The translations under genes and the position numbers were made by a program. From IMG/VR virus record IMGVR_UViG_3300049595_005065: a stretch of 64,000 bases of DNA; one strand, given 5' to 3'. The notes below the pieces were generated by a model that was not told the DNA's origin, searched no databases, and saw only the letters and a program-made list of their open reading frames with translations. Numbering within the stretch: the first letter of the stretch is position 1; each line of letters starts with the position of its first letter. Of this stretch, positions 46,420 to 54,605 are shown in pieces. The DNA comes from a virus (taxonomy: Duplodnaviria; Caudoviricetes).

Positions 46420-46664
46420 CGCTCCTCGTCGCGATCCTGCTGGCGGTGTTGTTTGCGGGCTGCGCCACGCCGCCCGTCTCGGCTGTGAACACCCAGCCTG
46501 AGTCGCTCTTCGAGGCGCACGTCCGGCTTTGCCCGCAGTGCAGCAAGCCGCTGCTGAGCCCCGACGGCACCGAGAACAGCCTCTGCGAAGAAGGCTTCCG
46601 GGCGTTCCAGGAAGACGTGCGCCGCGCCCAGGCGAACCAGACCACCAACACGGGGCAACGATGA
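46416..46664 (+). CDS. putative lipoprotein
   Basis: Lipobox LFAGC; GAGGAGG RBS; CPQC..C motif. Confidence 0.6.
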   Translation: MTLLVAILLAVLFAGCATPPVSAVNTQPESLFEAHVRLCPQCSKPLLSPDGTENSLCEEGFRAFQEDVRRAQANQTTNTGQR

Positions 46665-46918
46665 TTCCACCCTACATCGACCATCACGACCTGTTCGACA
46701 AACTCTACGAGTGGCTGGTGAATTTCTGGGCTATCAGCCTGTTCTTCGCCTTGTTGCCGATCATTGCGGCATTCGCAGTGCTTGTAATCGGCGCGCCGCT
46801 CTGGCTGGGTTACATAGTCTGGGGCATCGCGTTTGATATCTATCGGATCTTCACGGCTGCTCCGGCCATTACGCCGGAACTCCCCCAACAAGTTTTGCAG
46901 CTGTTCTGGTTCTGGTAA
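46661..46918 (+). CDS. membrane protein
   Basis: Two hydrophobic helices; ends in PELPQQVLQLFWFW. Confidence 0.55.
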   Translation: MIPPYIDHHDLFDKLYEWLVNFWAISLFFALLPIIAAFAVLVIGAPLWLGYIVWGIAFDIYRIFTAAPAITPELPQQVLQLFWFW

Positions 46919-47660
46919 CTGTTTTTTCCGTCCCGTAACTGTTTTCAAGGAGGATCGCATGCCCACCGATAACCAGACCGCCGACGTTGTGGTAAGCGTC
47001 GAGATGTTTCCGCCTCGTATCGGCATGACGTCGTGCGTTGGTATTGGTGTGCGTGGGCCAGAAGATTACCCACTGGAGTTCGGCAACTACTGCTCAATTT
47101 CTTCCCGCATAGGCGCCCCCGAAGTTTCATGGAGCGGCCCGTATCTGTGCAACATGTGGGCTGAAAATTTGAAAGAGTGGGCGCGCCGTAACCCCGACGT
47201 GGCTGAAATCGAGATCACAGTCGTCTCGCACGTCGGGAAAAGCATCGGCTTTGTCAGCGATCCGCGGCTGAAAGACTGGTGCAACAAAAATTTCTGCGTG
47301 ACCGGCAATGGTTGGCCGTCTGTTGCCGCTATGCGCAAAGTCGTCGAGTTGACTGATCTTCCGCCAGATTGGTCTTGCGGGTGCGAGAAAGACGATATGG
47401 CGCCGCAGCATTGGTGCCGATACGACAAGCACGCGATCACGCGAACTTGTCATCACTGTAATAAGCAAGAAACGCAGAGTTTGTCAAAGCGCGCCGACGA
47501 CCGCCGATGAGGACAAACTCGATTTTGACCGGCAAGCAACCAGCCCAAAATTGTGGTTCGTCACCGCGACGCCGGAACTGCCGCAACAGGTTTTGCAGCT
47601 CTTCTGGCTCTGGTAACTGTTTTTCCCGTCTCGTAACTGTTTTTGGAGGCTTGCATGCCC
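46871..47660 (+). repeat. ~92-bp imperfect direct repeats (46871-46964 and 47569-47660) flanking one gene
   Basis: Each copy has ACGCCGGAACT...TTTTGCAGCT, two GTAACTGTTTT boxes, GGAGG and ATGCCC. Confidence 0.85.
46959..47510 (+). CDS. hypothetical protein
   Basis: AAGGAGG RBS supplied by the repeat. Confidence 0.7.
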   Translation: MPTDNQTADVVVSVEMFPPRIGMTSCVGIGVRGPEDYPLEFGNYCSISSRIGAPEVSWSGPYLCNMWAENLKEWARRNPDVAEIEITVVSHVGKSIGFVSDPRLKDWCNKNFCVTGNGWPSVAAMRKVVELTDLPPDWSCGCEKDDMAPQHWCRYDKHAITRTCHHCNKQETQSLSKRADDRR

Positions 47661-48080
47661 GCTCCCGCCGCCCGGTTCATTCTCAACGTCGAGCAGCGCG
47701 TCTACGTGGAAAAGTCCTGGGGCCACGAGGATTGGATCTATAACGGCCGGTATTGCGGCAAGAAGCTCCACGTCAAAAAGGGCAAATCCTGCTCGTTTCA
47801 CTATCACCGGGTGAAGGACGAGGTGATGTACCTCGAGTCTGGTAAAATCCTGCTTACGTACGGCTGGGACGAGGACCTGGCGCATGCGGCGCAGATCACC
47901 CTGACGCCCGACATGGCCTTCCACATTCCGCCCGGGATGTGGCACCGCTTCGAGGGCGTAGAAGAGTCAGTGATCACGGAGTTCAGCACGCATCACAACG
48001 ACAAGGACGTGGTGCGCGCGGGCAAAGACGGCACGGAGGCCGCCGACGATGAAGACGCGGACGAAGAAGGCGGCAGTTAG
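47655..48080 (+). CDS. cupin-domain protein (sugar isomerase-like)
   Basis: EKSWGHE, CSFHYHRVKDEVMYLESG, IPPGMWHRF. Confidence 0.85.
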   Translation: MPAPAARFILNVEQRVYVEKSWGHEDWIYNGRYCGKKLHVKKGKSCSFHYHRVKDEVMYLESGKILLTYGWDEDLAHAAQITLTPDMAFHIPPGMWHRFEGVEESVITEFSTHHNDKDVVRAGKDGTEAADDEDADEEGGS

Positions 48081-50982
48081 TTCGGCCCTGGCGTTTGGCG
48101 CCAAGCTCGCGTTCGACCTAAAAGATCCGCTGTCGATGGGCGGCTCCGCCAAGCCGCCCGCTCCGGCCGTGCCCAAGTTGCCGCTTTTAAGCGCTGGGGC
48201 TGGCCCGGCTCCACGCACGCCACTGCTGAGCGTGCCCGACCCTCGGCTTTCGGCGCCAAAGCCGATGGCTGCGCAGCCGACGTTCACGCCAACCGTGAGC
48301 GGCCTGAGCACTCCGCAGTTAAAGCCGCCTGCTCCGGCAGCTGCTTCTGCGCCACCGCCGCCCAGCAAGTTGCCAATCGACCTGGAGCGCAAGCTTCGGC
48401 AAAGCGCGGTTGATGAGGAGCAAACGCGGCTTCGCCAGCGCGAACAGATGCAATACGGCGACTGGTGGGGCGGCAAGAATCAGTCACCGACCGGCCGGTT
48501 TGTCGGCGAGCGCGTCATGTATCCGGCTGTTACTAGCGCAGCCGACGTTGCCAATCGAACGTATCTCACCGGCAAGAACATGGCGCTGCGCGGAGCTTCG
48601 CTGGGCGCTGGGATCAACGCCGGGGTCGGGCAAATCGGCAAGTTCGTAACTTCTCCCTGGAGTGCGCCCCAGCCGCTCAACCCGCAGGAGCAAGCCGACT
48701 ACAAGCAGCTTCAATCTGTTTTGACTTTGGGTAACCGAGCGCTCACGCCGGAAGAACTTGCCCGAAGCGCCGACTACGACAAGCGTCAGCGCGCTTTCGA
48801 AGCCGAACGCGAGCGCCAGGATTACTGGGACACCTACTCAACGCGCTCCATCAACGACATGGACAAGATGGACGCGACGGGGCGCGAGACCACGCGAATG
48901 ATTGAAGAGGGCATTGCGCCCAACGCGCCGCGTGTTGAGACGGTGACTGGCCCGGGCGGTCAGCAGCAGGTCGTCGTCCATAACGAAGAGCCGATCAACC
49001 AGCTGCAGCGCGAGCTCACCGAAGCCGCAGGGCCAAACTCGCTGGCGAGCCGCATCGGCAACGTTTCTTACGGCGTGGGCGACTTTGCCATGCAGCAGGT
49101 GCCCACAGCGGTCGCCACGGCTGGCCTTGGCACGACGCTGGGCGCGCTGGGCAAGGTCGCGCCGCGTGGCGGGCAATTGCTCCAAACGACCGGGCAGATG
49201 CTCAACCCGGCGATGGGGCAGCTGTTTCCCAACACGGCTTCTCGGATCGGCGCTGGAGTTGGCATGGGCATCGGGGCGTACAACGCCGCCGACGACATCG
49301 CCAACGCTCAGACGCGCGAAGAGCAGATCGCCGCCGGACAGGGACTGGGCAGCAACCTGCAGCTTGGCGCGTTTGGTGGCGGCATGATTGGCGCCGGTGT
49401 GCCCGCGCTCGCCCGCGGTTACGAGCGGATGATGTACCCCAACGCTTCGGCGGCACTACCGGCTGTCTCGCCGACGATGGCGCCCGCTGTAGCCGAGGCT
49501 GCGCCAGCTACCGGCGGCCTGGCGTCCACGGCGGGCACGTACGGCACGCAGTTCGGCTCGGCAGTTGCCGCAGGCGCTGTCGAGGGTACCCGGGCTGGCG
49601 AAGGCGCTCGCAACGACTTTGTGACGCAGCAAGTGCAGCCCAGCGAGCAAGTCGCGATCGAGCAGGGTCAGGCGCTCCAGACGGGCGACACTTCCGGACT
49701 GGGCCAGCTGAACCCCGACCGGCTGCCGCAGGCTTTTCACGCCGACGCCGCTCGCGTCAATGCTGGCTTTGGCACCGGCCAGGTTGGCTCGCCTGCGGTG
49801 GTGCGGCCGGGTGAAACCGAAGGCGAGTACAAGGCCGTACCGACGCTCCAGGACAGCGATTTCTTCCGGTACGCCCAGGAGCAGGCCTTTACGCCAGAGG
49901 GGCAAGCCGGGCCGCTGGAGACGCAGGCCGCGCAGGCGGGCCAGTCGGCATTCGACACAACGCTGGCCGCAACCGGCAGCCGCGCCCAGGCGGACCAGGC
50001 CCGAGAAGTGGCGTACAAGGACACGTACGTCAAGTCGTACCAGGCGGACCAGCAGGCGCAGTTCGATACGAGTCGCGAGGAGTTTGAAAAACTCATCGCC
50101 GCCCCAGACGCCGATCCGGCAGCGGTCAATGACCAATTCGGCAAAACGGTAACGCACCTGCTTCGCGCTAACCCCGACAAAGCCGAAGAAGCCAAGAAGT
50201 TTGTCGAGGATGCGCAACGGCGCGCCAGCGGCGATGAGGCGCCGCCTGATCCGCAGGCGCAGGCGTTTGAAGAAAAAACGCGCGAAAATTATGTAGCCCA
50301 GGCCGCCGCGGTCTCGCCGCCGCCCCCTGCAGCGCAGAACAACCCGCAAAGCTTTGGTGCCTTTACGGGCGGGCTCATTGAGTCTTTCAACAACCTGCCC
50401 ACCGAGGCAAAAGCAGCCATCGGTATCGGCCTGCCGCTCGCACTGGTCGGCATGATGATGAACTCGGGCGACGAGGGCAGCGGGCTTGGCGGGATTCTTT
50501 TGAGCTTGCTTGGCCTGAGCGTAGCCGGTGTTGGTGCGGCTGGTTCGGGCATGCTGGGCGACAACGCGCAAAAGATGGTGGGCGGCGGCATCAAGAGCCT
50601 GGCCGGGATGTTTGGCGCACAGGTTCCCGAAAAGCAGGATCTCTCGGCGCTGCTGAGCCAGGACGTCGTCGCCGACGTCAACAAGCAGGTTGGCGCAGGT
50701 GGCGGCTGGATGGACAAGATTCGCTCGGCGGCAGGCGCAGCCATGAACCCCGAGGCAGCCAAGGCCAAGCTGCAGCAGGTCGAGCAGCTCAAAAAGCTCA
50801 CCAGCCTGCCAAGCTTTATTGCCGTCCCCCTACTCCGTGAAATCGACCCCCAGAACATCAAGACGACCGAGCAGGCGCAGTTGGCCTACAACAACGCCAT
50901 GCGTCTGCGCCGCGCGCTAGACAACCCTGAATCCCCCCTGGCGCAGGCGGTGGCAACCGGCCAGGCCGCGTTTGGAAGTTGA
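48049..50982 (+). CDS. large Ala/Gly/Gln-rich putative internal virion protein
   Basis: 977 aa with a Pro-rich N-terminus, Gly-rich helices and two C-terminal TM-like segments. Confidence 0.75.
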   Translation: MKTRTKKAAVSSALAFGAKLAFDLKDPLSMGGSAKPPAPAVPKLPLLSAGAGPAPRTPLLSVPDPRLSAPKPMAAQPTFTPTVSGLSTPQLKPPAPAAASAPPPPSKLPIDLERKLRQSAVDEEQTRLRQREQMQYGDWWGGKNQSPTGRFVGERVMYPAVTSAADVANRTYLTGKNMALRGASLGAGINAGVGQIGKFVTSPWSAPQPLNPQEQADYKQLQSVLTLGNRALTPEELARSADYDKRQRAFEAERERQDYWDTYSTRSINDMDKMDATGRETTRMIEEGIAPNAPRVETVTGPGGQQQVVVHNEEPINQLQRELTEAAGPNSLASRIGNVSYGVGDFAMQQVPTAVATAGLGTTLGALGKVAPRGGQLLQTTGQMLNPAMGQLFPNTASRIGAGVGMGIGAYNAADDIANAQTREEQIAAGQGLGSNLQLGAFGGGMIGAGVPALARGYERMMYPNASAALPAVSPTMAPAVAEAAPATGGLASTAGTYGTQFGSAVAAGAVEGTRAGEGARNDFVTQQVQPSEQVAIEQGQALQTGDTSGLGQLNPDRLPQAFHADAARVNAGFGTGQVGSPAVVRPGETEGEYKAVPTLQDSDFFRYAQEQAFTPEGQAGPLETQAAQAGQSAFDTTLAATGSRAQADQAREVAYKDTYVKSYQADQQAQFDTSREEFEKLIAAPDADPAAVNDQFGKTVTHLLRANPDKAEEAKKFVEDAQRRASGDEAPPDPQAQAFEEKTRENYVAQAAAVSPPPPAAQNNPQSFGAFTGGLIESFNNLPTEAKAAIGIGLPLALVGMMMNSGDEGSGLGGILLSLLGLSVAGVGAAGSGMLGDNAQKMVGGGIKSLAGMFGAQVPEKQDLSALLSQDVVADVNKQVGAGGGWMDKIRSAAGAAMNPEAAKAKLQQVEQLKKLTSLPSFIAVPLLREIDPQNIKTTEQAQLAYNNAMRLRRALDNPESPLAQAVATGQAAFGS

Positions 50983-51017
50983 ACTGCTAAACTAGGAAAG
51001 TCTACGGAGAATAACGC

Positions 51018-51578
51018 ATGAACATTCGCGACATCTACACACAGTGGGTTGAGAAGCAGGCCGCCGTGGAGCTCACCATGAAGGCCGCGCGCTGCTGGTC
51101 CGGCTACGAGCCGGTGCCGGGCAAGGCGCCCTACAGCGAGGATTCGTGCCGCCCGGTCGGCAGCAAGAAGAAAAAGAAGGAAGAAAAGAAAGCGGCCAAC
51201 TCGACATTTCCGGCGCAAACCGCCCGGCCCAAGATGCTTCAGATGCCGCCCAAGCCCGCCCCGGCCCCGGTGGCCAAGCGCACCGCGCCGCCGGGCTTTC
51301 AGTACCACTCGCCCGGCCAGGCGGCGATGCAGCAGGAGCAGGCCCGCGAAAAAACCACGCCCGCGCCGATCAACGCAATGGTCAAGACCCAGTCGGTCCG
51401 TGACGCCGTGAAGTGGGCCGCCAGTTCGGTCTACAAGCTCACTGAGAAGAAGGAAGAACCGGTGGTCGACGGCGCCAAGCCTTCCAGCGAGAGTTCGAAG
51501 CAGGTCGAGGTAAAGCGCCCCGAGCCCAGCAAGAGCGAAGACCTCCGCCCCGAGGAAGCCCAGCCGAGCAAGTCGTAA
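51018..51578 (+). CDS. hypothetical protein with CWxGY motif
   Basis: GGAG RBS; ARCWSGYEPVPGKAPYSEDSCRP. Confidence 0.7.
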   Translation: MNIRDIYTQWVEKQAAVELTMKAARCWSGYEPVPGKAPYSEDSCRPVGSKKKKKEEKKAANSTFPAQTARPKMLQMPPKPAPAPVAKRTAPPGFQYHSPGQAAMQQEQAREKTTPAPINAMVKTQSVRDAVKWAASSVYKLTEKKEEPVVDGAKPSSESSKQVEVKRPEPSKSEDLRPEEAQPSKS

Positions 51579-51620
51579 TAGATATCTTTCCCGACAGCCA
51601 CGGAAAGGAACCCGGGCGTT

Positions 51621-52337
51621 ATGCGGAAGAAACCAGAGCGGGCCGCGGAAAAGAAAACCGCTGAAAAAGCCCGCCGCCGACAAGAGCGCCAGGAAGTCCG
51701 CGAGCAGCAGGTTCGCCAACCGCTCGAGATCACCTGGCGCACTCCGGCCCAGAAGTCGGCCTGGGCCGCGCTTGAAAGCAATCTCGTCACGTTTCTTCTG
51801 GGTTCCGCCGGTTCTGGCAAGACGTTTCTGGCGATGGCGTACGCGATCAACGCCGTCCTGACCAAGCAGGCTGAAACGATCATTCTGACGCGGCCGATCG
51901 TCGAGGCGGGCGAGAAGTTGGGTTTTCTTCCCGGCACGTTTGGCGAGAAAGTCAACCCGTACATGCAGCCGCTGTACGACGCCATGGACACGCTGGTCGG
52001 CAAGCAATCGGCCAAGCGTGAGGTCATCAACAAGGCCGTGGTGCTGGCGCCCTTGTGCTACATGCGCGGCCGGACGTTCAACAACGCGATCTGCGTGTTC
52101 GACGAGGCGCAGAACGCCACGTACACCCAGCTCAAGCTCTTCCTGACGCGCTTTGGCGAGAAGAGCAAGATGATCATCACGGGAGACCCGCAGCAGAGCG
52201 ACCTGCCGTTCAGCCCGCCGCCGCTTCGCGAGGTGGTCGGTAAGCTGGAGAAGGCGCGCAACATTGCGGCCGTGCAGTTTGCCAACTCCGACGTGGTGCG
52301 GCACCCGATCGTGACGACCATCCTGGAGCGGCTGTAG
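51621..52337 (+). CDS. phoH: PhoH family ATPase
   Basis: GSAGSGKT, TRPIVEAGEKLGFLPG, YMRGRTF, DEAQN, GDPQQSDL, VVRHPIV. Confidence 0.95.
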   Translation: MRKKPERAAEKKTAEKARRRQERQEVREQQVRQPLEITWRTPAQKSAWAALESNLVTFLLGSAGSGKTFLAMAYAINAVLTKQAETIILTRPIVEAGEKLGFLPGTFGEKVNPYMQPLYDAMDTLVGKQSAKREVINKAVVLAPLCYMRGRTFNNAICVFDEAQNATYTQLKLFLTRFGEKSKMIITGDPQQSDLPFSPPPLREVVGKLEKARNIAAVQFANSDVVRHPIVTTILERL

Positions 52338-52343
52338 TTTCGC

Positions 52344-52371
52344 TTGACGCTCCTCGTGCGGGGGATAGACT
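52344..52371 (+). promoter_or_regulatory. sigma70-like promoter TTGACG-N16-TAGACT
   Basis: Intergenic, upstream of the ATG at 52404. Confidence 0.45.
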
Positions 52372-52403
52372 GCCGCTTTTGGTGTTTTTCCACGAGGGGC
52401 AGC

Positions 52404-52976
52404 ATGCACACAACCACGATTGCCGAGCAGCTCGAAATCCACTTGCCGGTTTCGGATTTTCATTACGCCAGCGCCGCCGCGGTCGAGCGGATGGCCGACT
52501 CGCAGCGCCAGGACCTTAACCACGCCAAGTCGATTTCGCGCACGCTCGACACGCGCCTGATCGAGGAAGTGGTCGGGTGCTCCGCGGAGATTGCGTTCGC
52601 CCGGATGTGTGGCGACGACAGCCACGAGCTTCCCATCAACACGTTTCACGTCGCAGCCGACTACGGCGCAGACATTGAAATTCGGGCTAGCAACAACCCG
52701 GTGGCACGGTTGATTATTCGGGATGACGAGCCCCGCGACCGCCGCTACGTGTTCTTCACGATTCAATTTGCGGGCACGGTTGTCAAAGCTTTTCCCGAAG
52801 GATGGCTGTACGGTCACGAGGCTATCAAAACCAAGTACCGCGACAATCCGCATGACGCCCGCGAATCGTATTTCGTGCCCAAGGCCGATTTGCGGCCCAT
52901 GAGTACACTAGAGCTTTACCGCGCCGACGGGACGCGCGTAGAGCTTCCGACCGGTTATCTGGACTGTCGCAAGTAA
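52404..52976 (+). CDS. hypothetical protein, possible restriction-endonuclease-like fold
   Basis: GCSAEIAFA...ADYGADIEIRAS. Confidence 0.55.
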   Translation: MHTTTIAEQLEIHLPVSDFHYASAAAVERMADSQRQDLNHAKSISRTLDTRLIEEVVGCSAEIAFARMCGDDSHELPINTFHVAADYGADIEIRASNNPVARLIIRDDEPRDRRYVFFTIQFAGTVVKAFPEGWLYGHEAIKTKYRDNPHDARESYFVPKADLRPMSTLELYRADGTRVELPTGYLDCRK

Positions 52977-52977
52977 C

Positions 52978-53691
52978 ATGCTGCGCCCGCAAGTCTACTG
53001 GCACCTCTGGCATCCCAATGGCTCGAACATCGGGCAGTTGCTGCTGGCTGAACAGGCTCTGGCGCTTGAGGAATCGGGCCTGGCCGAGGCCGCCGATGTG
53101 CATCTCTCGGTGGTCGGCCCGCCACTCGTTGTAGACGACCCGTACACGTGCGCCAAAGACGCCAACTACCCGAGCGGTCCTGGGTTTGCCGCGGATTATC
53201 CTTGGCTCAAGCATGTGCGCGTCCACGGCCCCGAGGCCGACGGGCTGTATGAGGGCGTGACCTTGGAAGCCCTGTGGTTAGCCGCCCAGACCTCAGATCC
53301 AAAGACCCCTTTTCTCTATTTCCACGGCAAGGGCGCGTCCAACATGACCCGCTGCCGCAATCGCTGGCGTCGGTTTATGGAGCACTTCTGCATCGCACGA
53401 TGGCGCACGGCTGTGGCCGTGCTCGAGCAATACGACACGTACGGCACCTTGTGGTACCCTCATCCGCCCCACTACTCTGGCAATTTTTGGTGGGCAACGG
53501 CGGGTTACCTGGCTAGTTTGTACCACCCCATTCACGACCAGCACCCCGAAAACGTCCAGGGGCGCTTCAAGTACGAAGCCTGGTTGTGCGCCAATCGACC
53601 GCGTTCTTTCAACGCGTATGACGACAAGCAAGACCATTACGCTGTGCCGTTGCCGCCCCCCTCGGAATGTATGGCGCGTATGCCAAACTGA
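52978..53691 (+). CDS. glycosyltransferase-associated protein (putative)
   Basis: YEGVTL, FLYFHGKG, HYSGNFWWA, GRFKYEAWL. Confidence 0.6.
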   Translation: MLRPQVYWHLWHPNGSNIGQLLLAEQALALEESGLAEAADVHLSVVGPPLVVDDPYTCAKDANYPSGPGFAADYPWLKHVRVHGPEADGLYEGVTLEALWLAAQTSDPKTPFLYFHGKGASNMTRCRNRWRRFMEHFCIARWRTAVAVLEQYDTYGTLWYPHPPHYSGNFWWATAGYLASLYHPIHDQHPENVQGRFKYEAWLCANRPRSFNAYDDKQDHYAVPLPPPSECMARMPN

Positions 53692-54154
53692 GCCGCGACG
53701 TTACCTTTGTTGCGTAGCCAGCGCGGTAGTTGCGCGATATTTCGGAGCCGCATAGACTTTTCGAAATGGTTCATACCCCACACGGAGGGCACACGCGGGA
53801 AAGTCGCAGGGAGGCGGTTCGACATCGGCTGCATTCGCTTCATGCGGCCGCGCCGAGTCGAAAAGAGTACTTGCGAAAGCGGTCTTCCGAACCGGGCCGT
53901 CTTTGCACTCCATCGGGCAGCCGGGGTGCCGGGATGCTGCGCAAAGATATCTTTGCGCGCTTAACGCTGGTAGCTGGGTTCCTAGCGCCGTCCGAGCGCG
54001 TCCTTCGCCCCTACGCAACACGAGCACAAGCGGGACACGAGCGGTCCTGCTGCCAGCGCCCAGCCCGCCTCGCACAAATAACCGCACAACGACGAGGGGC
54101 GACCCTCGCGCAAGCGCCCAAGGGACTGGGCGCGTTCTTTGGGGCACGGAAACT

Positions 54155-54601
54155 ATGCACGGGCAGAACCTTCCGCGCACGCCGCAAATGGTCGGCCAGG
54201 CGGGCGCGCACCACGCGGCAGCGCAGTTACTGAAACACGGGATTATTTCAGCGTTTCCCAACGTTGACGTGGGTTACGACCTGCTGACTGACGCAGGAGG
54301 TACGCTGCGGCGCGTCCAGGTAAAAACAGAGCTGGTTGGCGTGAAGGGGCGGCCCGAGTTGCGGCAGCTGCGATATAGTCTGCGTCGTCGCAAAGGCAAG
54401 AAATTGTCTCCCGAGGACACGACAAATCTGGACAAGCGCTACACAACAGACATGATTGACGCGATGATTTTTGTGACCTTCCGTCACGATACCTTGTTCA
54501 TCGTACCGGCAGCGGAAATCGATTTCACGCGGGATTGGATTTATTACTCGCAACTGCACCTCTGGGAAAACGCCTGGTGGGCGCTGACACAAGGAACGTG
54601 A
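54155..54601 (+). CDS. PD-(D/E)XK endonuclease (free-standing, intron-associated type)
   Basis: GYDLLTD...RRVQVKT, Y....IDAMIFV. Confidence 0.75.
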   Translation: MHGQNLPRTPQMVGQAGAHHAAAQLLKHGIISAFPNVDVGYDLLTDAGGTLRRVQVKTELVGVKGRPELRQLRYSLRRRKGKKLSPEDTTNLDKRYTTDMIDAMIFVTFRHDTLFIVPAAEIDFTRDWIYYSQLHLWENAWWALTQGT

Positions 54602-54605
54602 AGGT

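Noticed and set aside
32561-47660. Diversity-generating retroelement, suggested by Mtd-N-like motifs and the 92-bp repeat pair
   Set aside because: No reverse transcriptase is in the window, and the repeat mismatches (C/G, G/C, T/C, one A/G) are not adenine-specific.
53800-53840. GGTTCGA as a tRNA T-loop
   Set aside because: No flanking T-stem or cloverleaf can be formed.
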